Assembly: GCA_051530055.1 (NCBI GenBank)
Contig: CM121342.1
Location: 7,136,668-7,200,667 of the forward strand
From: Neoechinorhynchus agilis
Taxonomy: Eukaryota; Animalia; Acanthocephala
Reading direction: 5' to 3'
Length of the DNA: 64,000 bases
Below the pieces are notes generated by a model. It made no database searches. It was not told where the DNA came from and saw nothing but the letters and a program-made list of their open reading frames with translations. Of the stretch, positions 1 to 11,800 are shown piece by piece. Every line of letters starts with the position of its first letter. The stretch's first letter is position 1. Position numbers and translations under genes: made by a program.

Positions 1-3000
1 CTTTTAATTCTTTGACTGTCCATGAAAGCGTCCATCGATTCAACGGGTTTTTTATAGTAAAAACCAAAAAAGCTAAGCTGAAAAACAAAGAATTTATTCC
101 ACTTTTCTTCGTTTTCGTTAGAAACCAGTTAGATTCCTTCTTTATTTTGAATTTAGACTTTTAATTCTTTTTATATCCATGAAAGCGTCCATCGATTCAA
201 CGGGTTTTTTTATAGTAAAAACCAAAAAAGCTAAGCTGGAAAACAAAGAATTTATTCCACTTTTCTTCGTTTTCGTTAGAAACCAGTTAGATTCCTTCTT
301 TATTTGGAATTTAGACTTTTAATTCTTTGACTGTCCATGAAAGCGTCCATCGATTCAACGGGTTTTTTATAGTAAAAGCCAAAAAAGCTAAGCTGAAAAA
401 CAAAGAATTTATTCCACTTTTCTTCGTTTTCGTTAGAAACCAGTTAGATTCCTTCTTTATTTGGAATTTAGACTTTTAATTCTTTTTATATCCATGAAAG
501 CGTCCATCGATTCAACGGGTTTTTTTATAGTAAAAACCAAAAAAGCTAAGCTGGAAAACAAAGAATTTATTCCACTTTTCTTCGTTTTCGTTAGAAACCA
601 GTTAGATTCCTTCTTTATTTGGAATTTAGACTTTTAATTCTTTGACTGTCCATGAAAGCGTCCATCGATTCAACGGGTTTTTTTATAGTAAAAGCCAAAA
701 AAGCTAAGCTGGAAAACAAAGAATTTATTCCACTTTTCTTCGTTTTCGTTAGAAACCAGTTAGATTCCTTCTTTATTTTGAATTTAGACTTTTAATTCTT
801 TTTATATCCATGAAAGCGTCCATCGATTCAACGGGTTTTTTATAGTAAAACCCAAAAAAGCTAAGCTGAAAAACAAAGAATTTATTCCACTTTTCTTCGT
901 TCTCGTCAGAAACTCGTTAGATTCCTTCTTTATCTGGAATTTAGACTTTTAATTCTTTGACTGTTCATGAAAGCGTCCATCGATTCAACGGGTTTTTTAT
1001 AGTAAAGACAAAAAAAGCTAAGCTGAAAAACAAAGAATTTATTCCACTTTTCTTCGTTCTCGTTAGAAACCAGTTAGATTCCTTCTTTATTTTGAATTTA
1101 GACTTTTAATTCTTTGACTGTCCATGAAAGCGTCCATCGATTCAACGGGTTTTTTTATAGTAAAAACCAAAAAAGCTAAGCTGAAAAACAAAGAATTTAT
1201 TCCACTTTTCTTCGTTTTCGTTAGAAACCAGTTAGATTCCTTCTTTATTTGGAATTTAGACTTTTAATTCTTTGACTGTCCATGAAAGCGTCCATCGATT
1301 CAACGGGTTTTTTATAGTAAAAACCAAAAAAGCTAAGCTGAAAAACAAAGAATTTATTCCACTTTTCTTCGTTTTCGTTAGAAACCAGTTAGATTCCTTC
1401 TTTATTTGGAATTTAGACTTTTAATTCTTTGACTGTTCATGAAAGCGTCCATCGATTCAACGGGTTTTTTATAGTAAAAACCAAAAAAGCTAAGCTGAAA
1501 AACAAAGAATTTATTCCACTTTTCTTCGTTTTCGTTAGAAACCAGTTAGATTCCTTCTTTATTTTGAATTTAGACTTTTAATTCTTTTTATATCCATGAA
1601 AGCGTCCATCGATTCAACGGGTTTTTTATAGTAAAAACCAAAAAAGCTAAGCTGGAAAACAAAGAATTTATTCCACTTTTCTTCGTTTTCGTTAGAAACC
1701 AGTTAGATTCCTTCTTATTTTGAATTTAGACTTTTAATTCTTTTTATATCCATGAAAGCGTCCATCGATTCAACGGGTTTTTTTATAGTAAAAGCCAAAA
1801 AAGCTAAGCTGAAAAACAAAGAATTTATTCCACTTTTCTTCGTTCTCGTTAGAAACTCGTTAGATTCCTTCTTTATCTGGAATTTAGACTTTTAATTCTT
1901 TGACTGTTCATGGAAGCGTCCATCGATTCAACGGGTTTTTTATAGTAAAGACAAAAAAATAAGCTGAAAAACAAAGAATTTATTCCACTTTTCTTCGTTC
2001 TCGTTAGAAACCAGTTAGATTCCTTCTTTATTTGGAATTTAGACTTTTAATTCTTTGACTGTCCATGAAAGCGTCATCGATTCAACGGGTTTTTTATAGT
2101 AAAAACCAAAAAAGCTAGCTGAAAAACAAAGAATTTATTCCACTTTTCTTCGTTTTCGTTAGAAACCAGTTAGATTCCTTCTTTATTTGGAATTTAGACT
2201 TTTAATTCTTTTAATATCCATGAAAGCGTCCATCGATTCAACGGGTTTTTTATAGTAAAAACCAAAAAAGCTAAGCTGGAAAACAAAGAATTTATTCCAC
2301 TTTTCTTCGTTCTCGTTAGAAACCAGTTAGATTCCTTCTTTATTTTGAATTTAGACTTTTAATTCTTTTTATATCCATGAAAGCGTCCATCGATTCAACG
2401 GGTTTTTTATAGTAAAAACCAAAAAAGCTAAGCTGAAAAACAAAGAATTTATTCCACTTTTCTTCGTTCTCGTCAGAAACTCGTTAGATTCCTTCTTTAT
2501 CTGGAATTTAGACTTTTAATTCTTTGACTGTTCATGGAAGCGTCCATCGATTCAACGGGTTTTTTAAAGTAAGGACAAAAAAATAAGCTGAAAAACAAAG
2601 AATTTATTCCACTTTTCTTCGTTCTCGTTAGAAACCAGTTAGATTCCTTCTTTATTTGGAATTTAGACTTTTAATTCTTTGACTGTTCATGAAAGCGTCC
2701 ATCGATTCAACGGGTTTTTTATAGTAAAAACCAAAAAAGCTAAGCTGAAAAACAAAGAATTTATTCCACTTTTCTTCGTTCTCGTTAGAAACCAGTTAGA
2801 TTCCTTCTTTATTTGGAATTTAGACTTTTAATTCTTTGACTGTTCATGAAAGCGTCCATCGATTCAACGGGTTTTTTATAGTAAAAACAAAAAAATAAGC
2901 TGAAAAACAAAGAATTTATTCCACTTTTCTTCGTTCTCGTTAGAAACCAGTTAGATTCCTTCTTTATTTGGAATTTAGACTTTTAATTCTTTGACTGTCC

Positions 3001-5985
3001 ATGAAAGCGTCCATCGATTCAACGGGTTTTTTATAGTAAAAACCAAAAAAGCTAAGCTGAAAAACAAAGAATTTATTCCACTTTTCTTCGTTCTCGTTAG
3101 AAACCAGTTAGATTCCTTCTTTATCTGGAATTTAGACTTTTAATTCTTTGACTGTTCATGAAAGCGTCCATCGATTCAACGGGTTTTTTATAGTAAAAAC
3201 CAAAAAGCTAAGCTGAAAAACAAAGAATTTATTCCACTTTTCTTCGTTCTCGTTAGAAACCAGTTAGATTCCTTCTTTATTTGGAATTTAGACTTTTAAT
3301 TCTTTGACTGTCCATGAAAGCGTCCATCGATTCAACGGGTTTTTTATAGTAAAAACCAAAAAAGCTAAGCTGAAAAACAAAGAATTTATTCCACTTTTCT
3401 TCGTTCTCGTTAGAAACCAGTTAGATTCCTTCTTTATCTGGAATTTAGACTTTTAATTCTTTGACTGTCCATGAAAGCGTCCATCGATTCAACGGGTTTT
3501 TTATAGTAAAAACCAAAAAAGCTAAGCTGAAAAACAAAGAATTTATTCCACTTTTCTTCGTTCTCGTTAGAAACCAGTTAGATTCCTTCTTTATTTGGAA
3601 TTTAGACTTTTAATTCTTTGACTGTCCATGAAAGCGTCCATCGATTCAACGGGTTTTTTATAGTAAAAACCAAAAAAGCTAAGCTGGAAAACAAAGAATT
3701 TATTCCACTTTTCTTCGTTTTCGTTAGAAACCAGTTAGATTCCTTCTTTATTTGGAATTTAGACTTTTAATTCTTTGACTGTCCATGAAAGCGTCCATCG
3801 ATTCAACGGGTTTTTTATAGTAAAAACCAAAAAAGCTAAGCTGAAAAACAAAGAATTTATTCCACTTTTCTTCGTTTTCGTTAGAAACCAGTTAGATTCC
3901 TTCTTTATTTGGAATTTAGACTTTTAATTCTTTGACTGTCCATGAAAGCGTCCATCGATTCAACGGGTTTTTTTATAGTAAAAACCAAAAAAGCTAAGCT
4001 GGAAAACAAAGAATTTATTCCACTTTTCTTCGTTTTCGTTAGAAACCAGTTAGATTCCTTCTTTATTTGGAATTTAGACTTTTAATTCTTTTTATATCCA
4101 TGAAAGCGTCCATCGATTCAACGGGTTTTTTTATAGTAAAAACCAAAAAAGCTAAGCTGAAAAACAAAGAATTTATTCCACTTTTCTTCGTTCTCGTTAG
4201 AAACTCGTTAGATTCCTTCTTTATCTGGAATTTAGACTTTTAATTCTTTGACTGTTCATGAAAGCGTCCATCGATTCAACGGGTTTTTTATAGTAAAAAC
4301 CAAAAAAGCTAAGCTGAAAAACAAAGAATTTATTCCACTTTTCTTCGTTCTCGTTAGAAACCAGTTAGATTCCTTCTTTATTTGGAATTTAGACTTTTAA
4401 TTCTTTGACTGTCCATGAAAGCGTCCATCGATTCAACGGGTTTTTTTATAGTAAAAACCAAAAAAGCTAAGCTGAAAAACAAAGAATTTATTCCACTTTT
4501 CTTCGTTCTCGTTAGAAACCAGTTAGATTCCTTCTTTATTTGGAATTTAGACTTTTAATTCTTTGACTGTCCATGAAAGCGTCCATCGATTCAACGGGTT
4601 TTTTATAGTAAAAACCAAAAAAGCTAAGCTGAAAAACAAAGAATTTATTCCACTTTTCTTCGTTTTCGTTAGAAACCAGTTAGATTCCTTCTTTATTTGG
4701 AATTTAGACTTTTAATTCTTTGACTGTTCATGAAAGCGTCCATCGATTCAACGGGTTTTTTATAGTAAAAACAAAAAAATAAGCTGAAAAACAAAGAATT
4801 TATTCCACTTTTCTTCGTTCTCGTTAGAAACCAGTTAGATTCCTTCTTTATCTGGAATTTAGACTTTTAATTCTTTGACTATCCATGAAAGCGTCCATCG
4901 ATTCAACGGGTTTTTTTATAGTAAAAACCAAAAAAGCTAAGCTGGAAAACAAAGAATTTATTCCACTTTTCTTCGTTTTCGTTAGAAACCAGTTAGATTC
5001 CTTCTTTATTTGGAATTTAGACTTTTAATTCTTTGACTGTCCATGAAAGCGTCCATCGATTCAACGGGTTTTTTATAGTAAAAACCAAAAAAGCTAAGCT
5101 GAAAAACAAAGAATTTATTCCACTTTTCTTCGTTCTCGTTAGAAACCAGTTAGATTCCTTCTTTATTTGGAATTTAGACTTTTAATTCTTTGACTGTCCA
5201 TGAAAGCGTCCATCGATTCAACGGGTTTTTTATAGTAAAAACCAAAAAAGCTAAGCTGAAAAACAAAGAATTTATTCCACTTTTCTTCGTTCTCGTTAGA
5301 AACCAGTTAGATTCCTTCTTTATCTGGAATTTAGACTTTTAATTCTTTGACTGTTCATGAAAGCGTCCATCGATTCAACGGGTTTTTTATAGTAAAAACA
5401 AAAAAATAAGCTGAAAAACAAAGAATTTATTCCACTTTTCTTCGTTCTCGTTAGAAACCAGTTAGATTCCTTCTTTATTTGGAATTTAGACTTTTAATTC
5501 TTTGACTGTCCATGAAAGCGTCCATCGATTCAACGGGTTTTTTATAGTAAAAGCCAAAAAAGCTAAGCTGGAAAACAAAGAATTTATTCCACTTTTCTTC
5601 GTTTTCGTTAGAAACCAGTTAGATTCCTTCTTTATTTGGAATTTAGACTTTTAATTCTTTTACTATCCATGAAAGCGTCCATCGATTCAACGGGTTTTTT
5701 TATAGTAAAAGCCAAAAAAGCTAAGCTGGAAAACAAAGAATTTATTCCACTTTTCTTCGTTTTCGTTAGAAACCAGTTAGATTCCTTCTTTATTTGGAAT
5801 TTAGACTTTTAATTCTTTGACTGTCCATGAAAGCGTCCATCGATTCAACGGGTTTTTTATAGTAAAAGCCAAAAAAGCTAAGCTGAAAAACAAAGAATTT
5901 ATTCCACTTTTCTTCGTTCTCGTTAGAAACCAGTTAGATTCCTTCTTTATCTGGGATTTGGACCTTTAATTCTTTTAATATCCAT
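1..5985. repeat. Tandem satellite A, ~158-bp unit, ~38 copies, runs off the left edge of the window
   Basis: catgaaagcgtccatcgattcaacggg recurs at 21, 178, 336, 493, 651... (157-158 bp spacing); last unit degenerates near 5990. Confidence 0.98.
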
Positions 5986-6420
5986 GAAATTGTTGATCTC
6001 CAAGGACTTCTCGTATTTTCCATGTTCTTCTGTCTTACGGTCTATCGGCGTTTCATGAGGCATCCATTTTTCGGCCTAGACTGAGTTTTTCTTAATGTCC
6101 GTTCATTTTAGTGGTCTTCGTGGACGGTGGTTATCTTGAAAAAATTTAAAATATTTTTCACTCAAAGCAATCGCATTTTACTGAAGTTTCATGAATCAAT
6201 AAGAGTTTTTGCTAATTTCCCTGAATTTTTGTTGACTTCCCTTTTTCAAGTTTTTGATAGAATTACAGTAAAAGATTTCGCTTGTAAAATTATTGTCGCA
6301 TCGTCTCGCAGGATGCTTTTCCCCTATGAAAAATATCGTTATTCCTTCCGCTCTTAGCACTTCTCGAATTTCGGAGCGGAAATGTTCTTAAGGAATCGAA
6401 TTGCTTTATTTTCTCGTTTT

Positions 6421-7445
6421 TCTATTCCAGAAATTTCTAAAGGTCAGTCTTAACGACTTTGAAGTCACCTTTTTAGTTTAAAAATAGAATTTAAATCGTA
6501 TAAAAATTTATTTATTTACCCTTCTTTATTTTACTTCAAATCGCAGTTTTCAAGTAAATCTTCTTTTTTCTGTTCCAGAAATTACTAAAGGTCAGTCTTA
6601 ACGACTTTAAGTCACCTTTTTAGTTTAAAATGAAATTACTAAAGGTCAGTCTTAACGACTTTGAAGTCACCTTTTTATTTTAAGAAAAGAATTTAAATCG
6701 TATTAAAATTTATTTATTTGTCCTTCTTTATTTTTCTTCAAATCGCAGTTTACAAGTAAATCTTCTTTTTTCTATTCCAGAAATTTCTAAAGGTCAGTCT
6801 TAACGACTTTGAAGTCACCTTTTTAGTTTAAGAAAAGAATTTAAATCGTATTAAATTTATTTATTTATCCTTTTATATTTTACTTCAAATCGCAGTTTAC
6901 AAGTCGATCTTCTTTTTTCTATTCCAGAAATTTCTAAAGGTCAGTCTTAACGACTTTGAAGTCACCTTTTTAGTTTAAGAAAAGAATTTAAATCGTATTA
7001 AATTTATTTATTTATCCTTTTATATTTTACTTCAAATCGCAGTTTACAAGTCGATCTTCTTTTTTCTATTCCAGAAATTTCTAAAGGTCAGTCTTAACGA
7101 CTTTGAAGTCACCTTTTTAGTTTAAGAAAAGAATTTAAATCGTATTAAATTTATTTATTTATCCTTTTATATTTTACTTCAAATCGCAGTTTACAAGTCG
7201 ATCTTCTTTTTTCTATTCCAGAAATTTCTAAAGGTCAGTCTTAACGACTTTGAAGTCACCTTTTTAGTTTAAGAAAAGAATTTAAATCGTATTAAATTTA
7301 TTTATTTATCCTTTTATATTTTACTTCAAATCGCAGTTTACAAGTCGATCTTCTTTTTTCTATTCCAGAAATTTCTAAAGGTCAGTCTTAACGACTTTGA
7401 AGTCACCTTTTTAGTTTAAAAATAGACTTAAAATCGTATTAAAAA
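6421..7445. repeat. Tandem satellite B, 147-bp unit, ~7 copies
   Basis: tctattccagaaatttctaaaggtcagtc at 6421, 6771, 6918, 7065, 7212, 7359 (147 bp spacing in the regular part). Confidence 0.97.
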
Positions 7446-7676
7446 AATTATTTATCCTGTTAAATAAAAAAAGATTATTTTCCGAGCATAAAACAGTACT
7501 TCTCTATAAATCATAATGACTTTCCGGATCTCCAATTTCACCCCGAAGACTTATGCAAAGCTGTGTTGTATTTCATTAGTAAATACGTCCGTTCCCTGCC
7601 GGGAGAAGTGTTAGTTTCAGCCCACATTTCCTGTAAGACTTCATGCAAATAATTTCATATCCTTCAACTTTAGACA

Positions 7677-8797
7677 ATGTCAGCCGTATCGTCAGACGAC
7701 GACAATCGTTCGCCGACCGGTCTATCGATTCTATTTCAAAAATCTCTAAAGGTATCAGACGAAGGGGAGCCCGAGCCAATGGACTGGGAGGATCTGAATC
7801 AGAACGATGAAGATATAATTCCTATGGATGAAGAAGTCGAATCAGGTTCTAGTAAAGAACCTTCAGCTCCTATTTCGTCTCCTATTGAAACGAATATCAC
7901 CGGATTCCGACGCTTTCTCCTGCCGATTTCAATTGTTGTATTTTTAGCTCTTGGGATTTACCTAGAACTACGATCTCCTGAGCTGTGCCATAAAACCGGA
8001 GTCTTTCCTTCAATCGATTCATTTGGTGTGGACATCCATGAAAGTATGATTGGTCAGCTACGTCCAATAAGATCAATTTTAAAAGAGATAGAGCAGTTTA
8101 ACTCTACGAAGCAAATCACTGAGCAATCAATAGTAGTGAAAATGTTGAATGGAAGTCACGGTGTTGGCAAATCAATGTTTTTTAAGCTTTTGGACGCTTA
8201 TTATCCACAGCTTAAGGTAAATGGAATTGATTTTCAGGAGATATTGATGAATAGAAAAAGTACAGCAAACGTTAGGCTAAATCCTTGTTCATTTAAAAGT
8301 GAAACGAATGTGCTTCCGAGTCGCATAGTTGTAGTTGATCATGCAAATATATGCGGAGAAGAGCAAGCTCAAGAAGATTGGGAGTTGGTGAAACGTATTT
8401 TCGATTATTATCGAACTGTTAAGGAACGTTTGTTAGTTTTCTTTAAATTGAGAGGGGCAGAGATGTTATTTGGGGCCGAAGTTCGTCTATGCTTTCTCCA
8501 AATATTCCTTTATCTCCCGTGGACAACAAATGCAGGGTTCGATTTTCGTTCCTACTTAAATCTCCAATTAGTATCATTCAGTTTAACGAAGTTACACGAA
8601 GTGATGTTCTGAGACTTGTGAAGAAACTCGTGGTTCCTGACATTTATGAATCTACAGCTGAATATGTATGCTCAATTTTAAATCTTAGTTGTGACGGAAA
8701 GAGCGAGGACAAATGCAATAGGATTGTGAGCGAAAGTGGATATAGACGAATCCCTTTTCTATGTAAATACCATCATGATGTGATGGCAAGTACATGA
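7677..8797 (+). CDS. Torsin-family AAA+ protein with acidic N-terminus and TM helix (Torsin-4A-like topology); frame change near 8430-8460, probably a 29-nt GT-AG intron (8432-8460)
   Basis: TM segment FLLPISIVVFLALGIYL, then MIGQ, Walker A GSHGVGKS, Walker-B-like IVVVD. The second-frame C-terminus ISIIQF...VSESGYRRI resembles the torsin sensor-2 region. Family call is from motif recall. Confidence 0.6.
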
Positions 8798-8839
8798 TCA
8801 ATCATATTTATTTTTGGTCAATTAAAGTCTTCAGTTGGT

Positions 8840-11800
8840 CTAAATGGTAGCAACGTAGGGGCTGGGTAAATCCGGCTGTGGATTATACGAGTATATGGAT
8901 GGAGTGTTACAAATTGAATTTTCTCTCCTCACGTTTTCCTCGCAACAGTTGATCCAAGGACTCAAATCAATGTCTTCGAGTGATTCACAACTCTGATAAT
9001 CATCAGGGAATCGAGATCTTATGAAGACATTTGCAGGAATTCGATCGATTGAATCACTGTTAGCGCAAATGATTCTCGCTAAGTTCGATTTCTTCACTTG
9101 TTTTAACTGGTCTTCACTAAATACTCCATCGTTTTCGTACCAAAACCTGTCTCCATTACGGATAGATTCAAACTGCTTTTTTAGAAGACATTGAAATAAC
9201 GGACCAATCCGACCATCACCAACACTGTCTTCGAGAATTCCACCAATCCAAACGTCCACGTTGTCTATGTTGCGATTCTTTTCTAAGCTATTGATCCTTT
9301 TTTTTTATGAAAAATTTGATTTTATTGTTAAGGTAAATGCCGTGTTTAATCCACATTTAACACTTTTACAATGACCCGCATCGGAATATATCTTAACAAT
9401 AAAATCCCTTCTAACCCAGATTATCATCACAATTAAAAATTTATCATCCCGTAGGATTTTCTCACTTGTGTGTCCATCGAAATGCAGCAACAAATGCTAA
9501 TCTCTGTATTTCAAACCGAAAAAGCAAAAAACGTCAAAGTATGATTAAATGGTGTACAAATCCCGGTTCTTATTAAAAAAAATTAAAAAGCCGTTCATAT
9601 TATCATTTTTTAATGACTTTAATAGTTTTGGAGCAATAATTGAGATTGTCTTGTTTTAATGAGTAGACTTACACAATTTTTAGTTTTCCATAGATTTTTT
9701 TTATGAGCTCCCCTCTCGGCTAGGCTCCAGTGGTTATATCTGCAAAACACTAGAAAAGGTTACGAACCCAAAGAAGACCTTGAGAGCTTTGAAAAATCGC
9801 AATTTACGTGCTTATATACCATCTCGAGTTTTTGTAAAACATTTCGATCTAAAATGACATCATTAAGCTCATCGAATTCCTTAATTGGTTTAAATCCACA
9901 AAACTGTCGATATTTTGTATAGGACGGTAAGCCATGATCTCGTCCTCTTTGAACATTTAAGGCAGCTAAATCTTGAGAGATTTCACGGATAATATTGAAT
10001 AAATGTTCTGTAAGTTCCGGATTGAGCATTTGTCCACTAACCTTTAGTTTTAAAGGTGCAGCAAACATTCCTCTGAGTAGCGGATCCGGCCCACCTTCCT
10101 CTAATAATCTCCAAGGAGAGAAAAAAGCGTCTCGTAGCATTATATTTCCTTGTTCTACAATGCATCATGATTACTTCGTTCTGAGAAGCCTTAGAAACAA
10201 TCATGTTGCAATTTATTGGTTCCAATGACGCATTTAATCTATATATTATTGGATTGATAAGAGTATGTCCGAATCTAAAGACGGCTGTTGCAATTACATT
10301 GACGCTGCTAGGATTCACGGAATCGTTATATCCACGATATGGCTCAATTTGAGTTCGTTTGCCCAGAATGAGAGGAAGCCAATGTTTGTAAGTAATGTGC
10401 TGCATCTGAGCACTAACGATTTTTCTAGTTTCTTGAAAGACTTGTTCGTCTGACCAATGTGGATTAAGATTGCCTAATTTCTCAGCAAGGCGATTATGTT
10501 GCCTGGCCCAGATTGTGTGCATGGCTGTAAGACCGAGTTGTTCACTAGCTCGATGATCCCCAGCCAAAAAACAACCGACTGGGCTTGCTCGAGCATCGCG
10601 GTCACGCTGACAGTCAACCGGAGTATCGACTGCAAATGGAAGTAATCGCTGCTTGTAACGATTATCCCTAAAATATCGAACAATTTAGTATGGTATCCAC
10701 TCAAATACAGACACTTACTTTCTCATTCTGAGAAGTCCTCGTCCATACGAATGTTCCCTCAAGTCATGTTGCTCTTGTTCAGTACTACCGTAAACATTTG
10801 ATGCATCAATGAAGGCAGTGATTTGATTGATTTGTTCTCGTTTTATTGGAACGCCGTTCAAAAGCGACGTTTCACCAGTCAAACAAACATCGGTCGATCT
10901 AAATGAGAGATTGAGGAAACATCGGTACGTGCTAGTTCAACTAACTTTACAAATTCAATACAATTTCCACGCTGTCCGATTCTTGGATCATCTTTCGGGA
11001 TCGATATCGGGTAACATGGAGCTTCTCGAGTACAGCTACTCACACAGAGTCTAGCATCACTGAAAGTATGAGTACCGGTGGCCATGAGTGTATGGGTGAA
11101 ATCATGATCAACGAATTGTCCCCATTGCATAATCATATGAGTGAAAGCCGGATCCGGAGTAATTCTTGGACTTGATATCAATTTCGACGATACAAGCCTC
11201 GGTGAAGGCAGTTGAAACCCGTTATGGAGCTTGGTTATGTTCCAACCTTTTGGTGTATTAAAGTTGTTGTCGTACTCAGATGGCAAATAACGTTCAAATG
11301 GAGTTTGAGATGCTCCCCACATTTTATGCTTAAGATTATTACATGTGCCATCAGCTGAACGGTATGATTGGCATTTTGATTTACAGTTCGCCGGGATGAT
11401 TTGGTGTGGAAAACATCCGGTTACAGTTGATAATCGTGTCAAATGTTGAGATGGAATACTCGGTGGACGTAAGTGTTCTGGTCGTGGAAGTTCCATTCGA
11501 TGTGCATTTATACCTTCCTCGATTTTCCTCCTTAGAATCCTCATCCCTTGTTCGTAGAAACGCTCAGCACTATCAATACTGCCCACTCCGATGGAGCCAC
11601 TCAACAGATTAGCTATAGCCTTCAAATCAAAAGGAAGCGTTTCGACAGCCAGGTCCTCGTAAGCAGTGAGTGTTATATTGTTACGAGATCGTTCTGCCTC
11701 CATTCTCATCTCTTTAAGATCATCAACATCAATATCATCAGCTCCTAAGAAAACAACATTTAAATGAACTACGGAAATCTCTATTGCCTTACTGATAATT

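Noticed and set aside
8444-8571. Possible TA/TIR insert in the torsin-like gene (TA aattgaga...tctccaat TA)
   Set aside because: Weak pairing, and removal would delete about 40 residues of likely coding sequence; a 29-nt GT-AG intron or 1-bp error explains the frame change.
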